The notes under the pieces were generated by a model that did not search any database, had not been told where the DNA came from, and saw only the letters and a list, made by a program, of their open reading frames with translations. Both the position numbers and the translations under genes were made by a program. This document shows positions 12,472 to 23,369 of a DNA stretch of 64,000 bases, one piece after another; the first letter of the stretch is position 1; the number at the start of each line of letters is the position of its first letter. The stretch is taken from assembly GCA_038087875.1 (NCBI GenBank), contig CM075985.1, positions 24,056,001 through 24,120,000 of the forward strand. The letters are read 5' to 3'. The stretch is from Malacoraja senta (Eukaryota).

Positions 12472-14313
12472 CTCAAATTTCCTGCCAATATCTCCACAAT
12501 GGAGTAAATGTCAAAGGCATCGTTCAGTGGACTGATGTGACTATGTAAATGCATTTAGCACTGCTGATTGGGGGATACATTTCTGGATGAACAGATTTAG
12601 GAATGGGTAATCCTGTGACAAACATATACATTCAAATAATTAGAAATGATGGTGCAAATCTCTGGTGAGGGGGGAAAAAATAGAACACCAGTGATATTTA
12701 AGTATTTTTCAAAAGGAAGTAAAATAATGGATTCAGACCATAGAGTGAATGGAGAAGTGGTGGCGTTTTAATCTGACAAAATGCTTCAACGATGATTGGC
12801 TCATGATGGTTTGGACTTTTATTGGTATTTATGTCGTTACATGACCAATTACAAGAAGGCATTATTTTACAGACGATTTCATCTTGCATGCACGCTCTTT
12901 ACATTATCTCAATAGCACACTTCAAAACGTGCTTTGAAAACAAAACTGGAAGAATTGAATTACTTTTGCCATCCTCCAATACAAGAAAATTAAACTCCAG
13001 GACATTGCTCTTCTATACAGTCTAGTTTTAATGAGGTATCACCTATTTCTTCTCTCTTCCCCACTTTCTGTAGGCAGAATATTGTGCATAGAAGTACTGG
13101 GTTTATCATTGAAGATTTGGTTCCCCTTTGATTGTGATGGATTGCCACTGCGAGAGAGTAAGCCGAGTGACTAAATTACTGGATTTAAACAATCCAAAGC
13201 TTGAGGTTGAATTGGATCCCAGCAATTCATGAATTTAAATTCATATAACTAAATTGAATGAAAATTATTTGGAGTCATGAAATCTGATCTGGCTCACAAA
13301 TGTCTTGCAGGGAAGGAAATGTCCTGACATTGCCTGGCCTAAATGTTACACCTAAACTATTGATATTAGTTTACCTTTACCTGCCTCCTCACAATCAAAT
13401 GGGAGTGCACATGAATTAAACATTTAAGGAAAAAATGTGGGATTTATTTTAAAATCTTGATGTTGTGACACATTTTGAACCAAAAATCTGCACCGAGGTA
13501 CAAGGAGTATTTGTTTGCGCGACAGTAAATATCAACCTGCTTTGGAATCTGTAACCTTGCATTAGGTGTGGTAATAGTGTGGCAGCCAGTGTGATGATCA
13601 AGCTTAAGAGCAAAGTGGGCGTCAAAGCCCTTCCTTTTACAAAGACTAGGCATTGCTTATACAGTTTAATTAATGTATTATACTAAGGAGATTTACAATT
13701 TATTGCCCATTTTCATGCCATTTATATTCTCTTGAGGTTGTAAATTCTACATAATTGCCTGTTTATATGTGAAAATGGGAGTCTTACTATTATTTACATA
13801 TAGTTCAAGGGTCAGGTACATGGATTTTCAAACAAGAACCTATGCTATTAACGAACAAGAACAGTGTCATTTACTCATCACACATACTAATTTGGGAATA
13901 TGGTTTTTCAGTTACATGTACTTTATTTATAATGTAGAAGGCCATTCTGCCTATATCGTCTGGCAACTCTCAAAACATCCCAATTCTCCTTATTTGTCTC
14001 ATTTATGCCTGCTAACTTCCCTTTAATTCTTCCACTATCCACCTACACTTAGACTAATTTACATTACTTAATTAACTAACAACTATCACATCTGTGGCAC
14101 ATGGGAAGACGCAAACCTTCATAACCACAAGGTGAAAACGCAAACTTCACACAGATGGTACATGAGTCAGAATTGAACCCATGATGCTGCAGCGATGATT
14201 CAAATGTATTACCACTGCACCAAAAGGCAATGAATATCAGGCTTGACATTTCTATCAAGAACTGAAAATCAGAACAACTAAGAGAAAAATGTTTTAAAAA
14301 GTTACTTATGTAT

Positions 14314-14536
14314 AAAAACACGTAACTGCAGATGTGGAGATCTCGAGCAAAAAACACGTAACTGCAGATGTGGAGATCTCGAGCAAAAAACACGTAACTG
14401 CAGATGTGGAGATCTCGAGCAAAAAACACGTAACTGCAGATGTGGAGATCTCGAGCAAAAAACACGTAACTGCAGATGTGGAGATCTCGAGCAAAAAACA
14501 CGTAACTGCAGATGTGGAGATCTCGAGCAAAAAACA
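14314..14536. repeat. 36-bp perfect tandem repeat x6 derived from a Penelope terminus
   Basis: Unit aaaaaacacgtaactgcagatgtggagatctcgagc. The adjacent 14549-14630 is the opposite-orientation Penelope terminal arm. Confidence 0.93.
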
Positions 14537-14689
14537 TATTCATAATGCAGGGTCATGACCTGAAACATCAATTGTCCATTTTCGTTCCACACATGCTGCA
14601 TGACCCACTGAGTTGCTCCAGCAGTTAGTTTTTTTAACTTTTAACTTTTAATTATGACTCTCTTTGTTAAAACACGCTCCATACTACAA

Positions 14690-14890
14690 CTCTTATAGCT
14701 GCCAGAGGAGGTAGTTGAGGCAGGGACTATCCTAACATTTAAGAAACAGACAGGTACATGGATAGGACAGGTTTGGAGGGACATGGACCAAATGTGGGCA
14801 GGTGGGACTCGTGTAGCTGGGAACATGTTGGCCGTTGTGGGCAAGTTTGGCTGAAGGGCCTGTTTCCACACTGTATCACTCTGTGACTAT
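14690..14890 (+). mobile_element. CR1 LINE 3' end
   Basis: agctgccagaggaggtagttgaggcaggg...ggctgaagggcctgtttccacactgtatcactct. Confidence 0.8.
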
Positions 14891-16687
14891 AACTCAAGCA
14901 AGTGGCTACTGGAAAGTTTTTTGTATTGGATCAAGACTTTATGAAAACTGTGATAACACCTCTCCAGATGGTTGAGCTGCCTGCTCCAGGTCATCCATTC
15001 CCTTTACGTTTACTAGAGGCAGCGATCACTAATTCGTTAGATCAGGATCTGTGCCAGGTTTGAGGACTTGAATTTTGTATATTCTTTTCCATAGTTGGTC
15101 AAATTCTGAACAGAGGGGCAGTGAAGAATTCCATCATCAGTGTCTGCCTTCTCCAAGAGTTGGCTCCTGAGATATGGGAAGCTGTCCATATTTCATGAGG
15201 TCTTTAATGGGGGCAGGTTGGTTGAAAGCCTGTTTAACAGATGTAAAGTGTGAGGACCATTTTCTTGTATACTTCAGAATCGGTGAGTCTAAGCCTCAAA
15301 GCATCTACACATGAAGGCACATCTGCATAAAGCAGCTCACGTGGTGAACTTGGTCAAGGTCACATATGTGACCTTGACCATGGCACATATGTGGCCAGCC
15401 CTAGCCATAATGTCACCTCCAGTAATGAAGTGTGCAAGCAGAGTACCAAGGTACATATTATAACAATACGTCGCCACTTAAATGCTGGAGAAAACGCTAC
15501 TTTTTGTTTTAGTGCACTTGGTATACTTAGAGCAGCTTTGAAGTTGCTCGTTCAGTGGTGTCATTAGTTGTGTATCTGCTGCATGGGATAGGTCACAAGA
15601 GTGAATCAGGATCGGAAGGAAGCACAATCTGTTCCAAGCAAAACTTCTATGCAAAAAGCATCTAAAAAACGGATTTTAATTGATCCAATTTCTAGACTTG
15701 TGTCAGAAGATCCAGTGTTTGTAGAGTTAACGGATTATAAATGAATATATTGTATATGTATTGTCAAATCCGAACAAAGATAACAATATGTGGTTATGAT
15801 GCTCACTGTGGATAACAATATTTCTGAAGGCCATTATGATCTGCTTCATTCTAAACAAAGTATGATTTATAAAGACGACTTATACAGTCTCTTTATGGCA
15901 TGAATACAATTTTTATAACAGCACAGGAGATTTTGGAGTTGATGTGAACATTTAATCAAGTGGTATTTATTGGAATAAACTGCAATTCGCTTTAATTCAT
16001 CATGGGAATAATAAGCCGACTATTCTTGCAACTGGGCATGTCTTAGCCTTTTTTGCCAGTTCACAATTCAATCTTTATTATGGATAAAGTGAAACATTTT
16101 AAAAGAACATTTGTTACTTTGTGGTAATCTAATTTGAGGAAAATATCCTTGGCTGATTACTGGTGATCACAAATCTGATTTTTTTTTAAAGCAAGGATAA
16201 CATGGACTGGACACATAAAATCCATAGTTAAATTCAAAAGAATTTCCTCCCCGAGGTATTGGGTATGTTGAAAGTCAGAAAAACTGCCTACACCATGTAT
16301 GAAGATATTCCTTACTTGCCTTTACTCTAATTTATGTAAATTTGCTGGAATTATGTTTTCAATGTGAACATGATGGTCAATGGTAATCTAAGAGTTGAGT
16401 TTATTGCCATATGCACAAGTATAATGAGGTACAAAGATACAATGATATTTTTGCCTGCTGCACCCACTCAGACAAGCATACAAAAGCACAAATTATACAT
16501 AAATTACACAAGGAGGTTAAAATAAAAGGCGCAAAACACAGGACGTGCGCAAAATTATTAGAAAAACAATTAGTTTGTGGTTGGGCAAGAGGTGGTAATA
16601 TAGTAACATTTCTGAATGCTGAATTATTTACAATAGGACAATGTGTGTATATATGTGTGTATATATATATATTCATTGGTGTGTGTG

Positions 16688-16727
<40 letters not shown>

Positions 16728-17524
16728 CATTCATTGGTATATGATCACACTGATCTGTTCTGTATTTATTTATGCCTACTATATTCAGTTGTGTTGAAGC
16801 AAAGCAAGAATTTCATTGTCCTATCTGGGACGCATGACAATAAACTCTTGAATCTTAAATCTTATAGCTTAGTGAAGCAGGTGGGTGTTTTGCTTTTACT
16901 GATATATTTTTGCAGTGTGTTGTTAATATAAGGTTAAGCGCCGTTTATTTTAATGTTATCAGAATTTATGTTGTTATGTTCTAACAGTTTATTTTGTTCA
17001 GCTGAATTTTTGTCAACTGTATAATTAAAAATATGGATGACCACCAATGTGGTCATTCAATTTGCAGTACCTTTCTGATATAGACTTCTTGTGAAGTACA
17101 TTTACAAAAATGCTTACCCTTTCCACCAGTCTTGCACAGTGGCAGAAGCAGTGAAGATCTAAAGCTAAGGAATTAAATCTTCATTCATAGGTATGCTTTC
17201 TGCTATTTCATCCAGAAACACTGCAGAGAGATGACGGAAACAGACTTGAGCCACACTGTGTGCAACGATTGGCATTTAAATGAAAAACGAATAAATGAGA
17301 GGGTTTTTTTTGTCCAGTTAATTTCCTTTTAAAATAGCACCTCGTCTTGTTGTGAAGGCACATTAGGAAGAAGCATAATTATTCTGGCAGCTAAGTCCAT
17401 AACCACGCTGCAGTTCATCCTCCCGATTGGATAACTCCCACTGCAAGGCCATTTACTAGTTTTGATGATTTTTTTTTACTCTTCATTCTGTGAGGATTCT
17501 AATGTGTAAAACTGAACCTTTCAG

Positions 17525-17632
17525 GTATTGAAAATCAACCTCCTGGGTCACAGAAAACGAATCTTAGCATCACTTGGAGACAGACTTCATGACGAGCCTC
17601 CTCAGAAGCCTCCACGAACCATTACACTGAGG
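17525..17632 (+). CDS. ANKS1B: ANKS1B coding exon (end of SAM2 domain)
   Basis: Splice sites ctttcag|GTATTG...CTGAGG|gtaagc. 108 nt, phase 0/0. Translates [36 protein letters not shown], matching the AIDA-1 SAM2 end with its HRKR NLS motif. Confidence 0.96.
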
Positions 17633-18390
17633 GTAAGCTGTGTTCATACAGTGCTGAATTAATACTGTTACCCGCGTGAAATAGAGCTTGGTATGATTTT
17701 AGTTAGTGTACCTTAGCCCAGCTTTCAGCACTGGCATGTATCATTATTAGCTGCTTGCCTCGGTAATCTTTCTTGCACCATGACCACCACCATTGTTTAT
17801 TATTTTATATGTGAGAATATTCCCTGAAGATCTTCCAAGCAATATTGTGAAATTAAGAGGTGGAAATTCATTTCAGGTTTCATTTCAGGTTTTTATTATT
17901 GTGACCTTTAGTTCAAATCCAGCCTGAAAAATCTATCAAATCTTTCAGTCGGTGTTAAAGAAAGACAAATCAATAACTATTCTCATTAAAAAGTAAACTC
18001 TATTTACCACAAATGTCAAAGCCTTTCAGCTATGATTCTGGGATTCAGATAGTCACTGAGTTAGTCTTAGCTTTAGTCTGCACCACATTAACCCTTCATC
18101 AACAACACTATATATCAAATCTTTTTAAGATTTATTAACTGCTGTTTCACTGTTTTTATAATTATTTAATACATTTGGATCATTTAAACAGATAATTTTA
18201 AATTATCTACTGTTCATTCTTTAGCTTTGCATTGTTTTTATTTGATTATATGATGCAGAACACAATAACAAATCTGCACATTGTTGAAGGACATCCTTAT
18301 TGAGTGATTAATTACCTACACAGGGTGAAAACCCTTTAATTAATGCAAGGTTTTGTGTAGTCAGTATTGGACTACTAAAAAATTTATGTA

Positions 18391-18849
18391 CCGTATTTCC
18401 CGGCGAAGAAGACGCTATTTTTTACTGTAAAATAAAATTTACCTGCCTCTTGGAGGCCGAAGGTTAGGTTGTTAGCCCAGAAAGATTGACTTGGCTATCC
18501 TTCAGTACAGCAACATCAAGAACGATAGTCCCAGGTGGCTGCGAGCGGCCGCCGGGACCATACAGCGAAACCGGCTGCCACCTCAGCGCTTTCTGCCGGC
18601 CTGCCCGCCAGCCATGATGTCCTTCGGCACAGGTGGTTGGTGGGTAGCTACTGGGCAGGAAGTCCCTGTCCCTCAGACCTGAACCACACAGCACATTGTG
18701 GGACAGGTGAAGATGGAGGCTCCCCGGTCCTCATTGCCTCCTTCAATCAAACCCTTCATCTTGTTCCGCCAGCCTTTTTTCAAAATTTAGCAACTCAAAA
18801 TGGGGGTGCATCTTCGATGCAGGTGCGTCTTCTTTGCCAGGAAATACGG
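18391..18849. mobile_element. pogo/Tc2-type MITE (Tc1/mariner superfamily)
   Basis: TA|ccgtatttcccggcgaagaagacgc...gcgtcttctttgccaggaaatacgg|TA. 25-bp TIRs with 2 mismatches and TA TSD. GC-rich non-coding interior. Confidence 0.88.
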
Positions 18850-19892
18850 TAGTTTGAAGAAACAAGTGTATTAAGATCCAGATCCAACCCACATCTTTCT
18901 GCCTACTTTCAGTGGCTATACGAAGGAAACAATTTTAGTAAGCATTATTTGTGCTCGGGCATACATCTTGGTTTGATTGTTCTTTTTAATGCTTCCAGCC
19001 TAAAATATCATAGAAGCAATTGTGGAAACATATTTTGCAGTTGTGCTAACATTAAAGAAAGAGAAGTACGTGCAAAGATTTGTCTATTTTTCAAATCGAT
19101 ATTCATTTGAAAAGGGAATTTTTTACATGTTGGGCGCATGGGGAGAAGGAAGTCAGGGCATTCTTGACTTATTATATTGCAAATGTTTTTTGTTAAACTC
19201 AATGTCAAATCTTAATACATTTTTGGAATATGATTTTACCATAATTTGTGTTCATTCCTCAAACCAAAATATCAGTATTTAAAGGATATTATACCACAAC
19301 GTGTGTGTTTAGGTGGTGTTACTTTACCCGCTGAAAACAGGACCTCCAAATCTAAATGCTAACAATATTAAATAAGTGAAGTGATGGGATTATTTATCTT
19401 CCAGTTTCCAGTTCTAATAAATGGTTTACATTGAAAACATTAGCCCATCTTTTCTTTCTTCAGATATTGCTATGTATTTCTGCCATTTTTCTTTCCTTTA
19501 AATTGAATTCTGTCATTTTATTTTCAAAGAAACGGAAAAAAGTAACTGTTTCCAGGCCAACATTTGGGAATTCTTAGAAATGTATTTGCAAATCTGTGTA
19601 ACTTACATGGAACTGCTTATGCATTCAAACTTGCTTCCCACTATTGGAAGCAAATGTGATTAATTCTCATGCAGACCATTAGGTGAAACAGTGTGCTGTG
19701 ATAGGACCCTCCATCTTGGAAGGAGGGATCAACTGACGAATGGTGGAAGCAAAGGCCACTCATACTAGGTGCTATTCAGATTGGATCTCTTTTTATATCA
19801 ATAGGTCAGTTGTCCTGAGTCCCGCAATGCCATCTTGCAAGATGATGTATATATCGTATCTTGGATGGTAAGTCACCTCACTCTGAAGTAAG

Positions 19893-20108
19893 GTGTAAGA
19901 AGGAACTACAGATGCTGGTTTGAACCGAAGATAGACACAAATAACTGGGGTAACTCAGCGGGACAGTCAGCATCTCTGGGGAGAAGGAATGGTTGATGTT
20001 TCGGGTTGAGACCCTTCTGAAGAAGGGTCTCAACCCGAAACGTTACCCATTCCTTCTCCAGAGATGCTGCCTGTCCCGCTGAGTTACTCCAGCTTTTTGT
20101 GTCTATCT
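19893..20108. mobile_element. Fold-back Penelope-terminus element
   Basis: ~90-bp inverted arms centred near 20018. 15-bp TSD tcactctgaagtaag at 19878-19892 and 20109-20123. Confidence 0.88.
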
Positions 20109-21157
20109 TCACTCTGAAGTAAGCTGGACAACGTGGAAATGAGGCCTTCTCCCCACAATAAAGTGCACAAATACTTCCTGATTTCTGATACCTGCTCAAC
20201 TGCAGGATGTAATTACTTCTACACCATGCTTTCCCCAAGAAAGATTTAACTCAAAACTCCACTGAAGGGTAGATGTTTGTCAACATACCTGCCTTGCTCG
20301 AAATGGAAAAGGTTGGGCAACTTCTGTCACACTTAAGTCATCCTGAAAATCAAACAAAATTTCTTATGCATATTATAGGAAATTATATGAAAGCCTGTTG
20401 TTTTGACAAATATTTTCAAATCCCTGAGATTACTGATTTTGATTTGAAGCAATCTTGCTGCTGTACATCTGTATTTTACCTATTCCTTTCTCCCCTTCAC
20501 AATGACCATCTGCCAACAGAAAGTGAGCAAGAGAAGAATATATATGAATTCCAAGTGCAGTTCCTTTTTAAAGGAACTTTTTCTGTTCTAGTTATTGCAT
20601 ATCTGAACTATCTGCAGTTTGTAAAATGCAAAAGCGAATGTGGCAAATATGACCTAACTGGAAAGACTATAGAATTGTTTTCGCATCATTTAAATGCCCT
20701 GCTCTTTTTCCACCCCTTCCCCATAAAAATATGTACCTAATATTGTAATTCTTGGGTTGTTCATGTTTTTTATTACATAATGTCTGTCACTGAATTCATT
20801 TCAGATGGCCTCAGGGTGCAAAGGGAAACGGATAATTAAAGATGCATAACTAAAAGTATTATGAACAAAGTGCCATTTGAATTGTTTCTGGATATTTGGC
20901 CCTAGGAAACAGTTAATAAATACATTTTAAGTGGAGCTTTCATTCAGATCATACCAATTTCATACCTTTTGTCATGAACTTTTGTTTTTGCACCATACTT
21001 AATACAATCACCCAGTTATAAGTAAATAGGTTTTAATAAATATTAGGTTAATATCACATTGAATAATTCTGATTTCCAGTAATTTGCATTGCCAGACTTG
21101 TGGAGGAGAAGAATGTGGCCTGTGCTGCATTGCACCCATTGGTTGAACTGAGCTGGG

Positions 21158-21249
21158 TAGACACAAATGCTGGACTAACTCAGCAGGACAGGCAGCATCT
21201 CTGGAGAGAAGGGATGGGTGACGTTTCATGTCGAGACCCTTCTTCAGAC
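21158..21249 (-). mobile_element. Single Penelope terminal arm
   Basis: Same family as the arms at 19893 and 26744. Confidence 0.8.
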
Positions 21250-22114
21250 CAAGCTATATGACTGAAGTAGCAAAGCTAATTTCAGAAATATAATGCTGTG
21301 AATATTTCTGTTGTTTGCTGTTTCTGACGATAACCAGCTAGAAAGATTGCAAAGGATTAAGCTGCATTATTTAAAGGAAGGGCTAACATAGGAAAAATTG
21401 TCATTGTTTGTTAAAAAAGATAAGAAAGTCCTATTCCCATTGCCTGCCTTTCACTGTCACTATCGGACGAAACAAGGACAGCTTGGTCCAGACCTCCTTC
21501 TCCATGCCAACTTTGTAACTTTGAGTCTGTCACCAGGCTTTCTAAATGCATGCTTGACTTCAAATCCGCGAGCCGTAACTTTCCCAAGCTCAGTAAGAGC
21601 AAGAATGAGACAATCATGGTTGACCCCTGCTAGAGAGTAGATGCATTTGAAATTGATTTAGTCCGCTTTCACTATTGTTCATGCGACTTTAGTGCCTAAC
21701 TGGGTTTCAAGACCCACATCCTGTTTGCCATGAAGAATGCCTCCTTTATTTGGCTGGCATATTACCCATACTGCCACTCAATCAATCTATCCCCAACGAC
21801 TAGCTGGAGAAATCCTCTTTGGAAGCAACCTTCTTTCATTTAGATCTTTATAAGTTTCATACTAGTGGATGTAAACTAGAACACGTTTAGAAATTTCCTC
21901 CAATAATAAACACATCCAGTAATGCAATCAAATACAATATTAGTGTAAAATTCTAGTGACCATCAAAAGTTCATGGGGTCTGATTAAACTGCAGCTAATA
22001 ACTTTGATATACAAATCATAATGTGGCTACGGAGCATCACTGAATGCTTCTCATTGAACTGAAATACATTTTGCAAATATTTGCTCCATCCCGATTTATT
22101 GATTCATTAAGTCA

Positions 22115-22378
22115 CAAGCATGGAAACAAATCCTTTGGCACACTGAGTCTGCACTGATCAAGCACCCATTCTCTCCCCATTTCCTTAACTTCCCACCAGA
22201 ATCTACCACTCGCAAATACTTGCGCATTTTAAAGTGGCCTATTTACCTACCAATCTGCCCGACTTGGGATGTGGGAACTCAGAGGTCATAGGAAGAATGT
22301 ACAAACTCCATGCAGACTGCACCAGAAGTTAAGATTGAACTGGGTTACTGGAGCTGTGATGCACCACTGTGTCACCCT
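22115..22378 (-). mobile_element. tRNA-derived SINE, diverged
   Basis: Homologous to the 41210 SINE on the reverse strand (gaagaatgtacaaactcc; accactgtgtcaccc). Confidence 0.6.
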
Positions 22379-23189
22379 GTACAATTATTAACATTCGACT
22401 TCCCTGAATCTTTCAAGCACAGAATCTGCAAAAGGTGTTCATTTATAAATTCTGCAAAGGATTCATTATAAGTATTGGTAGCTGCAGCACGATTGGTGCA
22501 CCATACAGGTCATAATGAGAGGAAGTTTTGATCTCCTGCGCACTTTCCAACAATCTCTTGCAATTTAGGTTTCTGACCTCAGCTGTTTTGTTGTGGAGAA
22601 GCACAAATCTCCAGCATTTGTGGAGAAACAAATGGGAGAGGAGAGTTATCTGGCCCACTGCTGCAAGTCTGTTAGTCGAGTTTTAGATGTTATATCAAAG
22701 GAGGAAGTTGGCAGAGGATGCTAACCATTCAGATTAATTTGAAGGACAGAGAATTTGTCAATGTGGAGTATATTACAATTACTGTATAGTTTAGTTTCAA
22801 AAATATTTAAATTGAGGGAATGAGAGGCCAATTTGCACAAGTACATTTTATATACGGTACTTTTTGTTCTAGAAAATTACATTTTTATATTATTTTTACA
22901 GTCATGCTGAAATAGAATTTCTAAAGAAGTTGTTTAATATTAATCTCTACCAAATAACTCTTGTTAGATTATTGGTTTCATGCCAAGATTAAAACTGAGA
23001 GGTCCATTCATTTGAGATACATTATTTAGGTACGAGGGCTGTAAATGTGTTTAGAATGTTTCATCAATTTGAAGTGCTTAGATTTCACATTGATGAACAA
23101 GGCAGCGGAACTAAACCATTAGGGCTAGGAGAGATTCAGTACATAAATCATAACATTAATTAATGCATTGCTATTTGCTTCTGGAACAG

Positions 23190-23369
23190 GACCCTGGGAA
23201 CAACACTCCTCCTCAACTTTCCCCATCCCTTAGCCAAAGCACTTACACTGGTGGCTCTCTTGATATCCCCTCTTCCCATTTAATGATGCAAGGGGACGCA
23301 AGAAGGCGAATCAATGACAGCTACTTTGAGGATATGCCTAGGTCAAAACTGGAAAGACAAATGGCTCAG
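23190..23369 (+). CDS. ANKS1B: ANKS1B coding exon (60-aa linker, alternatively spliced in mammals)
   Basis: aacag|GAC...GCTCAG|gtaaat. 180 nt. DPGNNTPPQLSPSLSQSTYTGGSLDIPSSHLMMQGDARRRINDSYFEDMPRSKLERQMAQ matches mammalian EPSGNHTPPQLSPSLSQSTY...RSKLERQMAQ, which distinguishes ANKS1B from ANKS1A. Confidence 0.96.

Noticed and set aside
14076-14601. CRISPR-like 36-bp repeats and 12-aa repeat ORFs
   Set aside because: The repeats are contiguous with no spacers, there are no cas genes, and the context is a vertebrate intron. The ORFs follow from a unit length divisible by 3.
18464-18852. GC-rich ORFs or CpG-island promoter
   Set aside because: Lies wholly inside a TA-flanked MITE.
20273-20740. 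155-aa ORF
   Set aside because: No recognisable domain, intronic, AT-rich, and with no convincing splice context; treated as chance.
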